Shown here: piece by piece, positions 33,310-34,037 of the stretch
Layout: each line of letters begins with the position of its first letter
Numbering within the stretch: position 1 is the stretch's first letter
Assembly: GCF_001194135.2 (NCBI RefSeq)
Contig: NC_068999.1
Span: 21,873,283-21,907,319, forward strand
Source: Octopus bimaculoides
Taxonomy: Eukaryota
Length of the DNA stretch: 34,037 nt
Direction of reading: 5' to 3'
Program-made: the position numbers and the translations under genes
The notes under the pieces: model-generated
Databases searched by the model: none
Seen by the model: only the letters and a program-made list of their open reading frames with translations
Told to the model about the DNA's origin: nothing

Positions 33310-33645
33310 ATTATTTTATTATTATTTAAACTAAAATTTAAATGAAACTTTAAATTAAACATTTGCAAAAAGAAATTTTTGTATTCAACACTGAAAATGT
33401 TTTTCCAAGGTTTCATTTCATAGAAAGTTTTTCCACTATAGTTTCTTCTACAAGCTAAAAGTATTTTGTCTCTGCTTAAAGGTTAAAATCTAATTATTAC
33501 TGCAATAACTTAAAATAATGGCTCAGCAGATATGGTACCAGATTTCATGGTAATTGGTGTCAGCTTGTTCTATTGGAGACATTGTATTGCACTCCCAGGC
33601 CATGCACTTGATTCTATCTGCTTAAGTTTTCATATTTATTTTCAG

Positions 33646-33800
33646 AACAAAAATCTCTCTCATCCAAATACTAGCCCGTGGTCAATCATTGGCTGAAAGT
33701 GATATTCAAGTTATTGTTCCTTTGCTATCTGTGTTTTGTGCTGCATTCAGCCATTCTCTCCACACACTACATGATGCAGAGTTTTATGGAGACAATGAAG
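33646..33800 (+). CDS. UBE3C: UBE3C coding exon: (G)TKISLIQILARGQSLAESDIQVIVPLLSVFCAAFSHSLHTLHDAEFYGDNE
   Basis: Acceptor tttattttcag, donor gtaata, 155 nt, phase 2/1. Recalled human LLQVISRGSPMS...LFSHSLISIHDNEFFGD. Confidence 0.93.
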
Positions 33801-33966
33801 GTAATATTTCAGAGGTTTGCTTATAATGTCCTTAAGTTTAAAATGTCATGCAAATAATTTCTTTTTTGATTTTGTTTTTTTGTATAATCTTTTTTAATTT
33901 TGTATATTGTATTCTTCATTTAATATAATGATATTAAACTATTGAGATTTTTTCAATTCTCAATTT

Positions 33967-33979
33967 GTATATATGTATG

Positions 33980-34037
<58 letters not shown>
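33967..34037. repeat. (TA)n/(TG)n/(CA)n compound microsatellite at window end
   Basis: Directly visible. Confidence 0.95.

Larger units (their letters stand above)
4251..33800 (+). other. UBE3C: Partial multi-exon gene span: ubiquitin-protein ligase E3C (HECT E3) ortholog, 11 internal coding exons
   Basis: The exons splice into one open frame of 513 codons with GT-AG introns and compatible phases (0,0,0,2,1,2,1,0,2,2). The peptide is colinear with human UBE3C as I recall it, e.g. QEERLKRE, IQTLFRGYRTRK, QLLFFY, LPMRMLEIF, RLLYTLAFN, FSHSLHTLHDAEFYGD. No start exon or HECT domain in the window. Confidence 0.9.

Overview
Animal genomic DNA, AT-rich, with three N-gaps. The repeat content suggests an octopod cephalopod such as Octopus; this is inferred from recalled repeat families, not from a database search. 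The window holds 11 consecutive + strand coding exons (4251-33800; 1540 nt, 513 codons + 1 nt) of a HECT-type E3 ubiquitin ligase gene recognised as UBE3C. They cover the N-terminal IQ motif and the non-catalytic body. The first coding exon and the HECT-domain exons lie outside the window. All introns are GT-AG with matching phases, and the ORF track shows only fragments of four of the exons. The introns are packed with decayed mobile elements: at least three RTE-type LINE lineages, three mariner relics, TTAA-flanked (piggyBac-like) MITEs, a possible hAT MITE, several tRNA-derived SINE families and microsatellites. I found no clearly new biological system. The best leads are (ATT)n-chained SINE arrays plus an unclassified element sitting in (ATT)n, a SINE whose internal microsatellite acts as a landing pad for other elements, a modular hairpin-repeat RTE 3' UTR, and a candidate 10-nt stop-containing micro-exon. 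SINE family letters (B1, B2, D, E, F) are my own labels.
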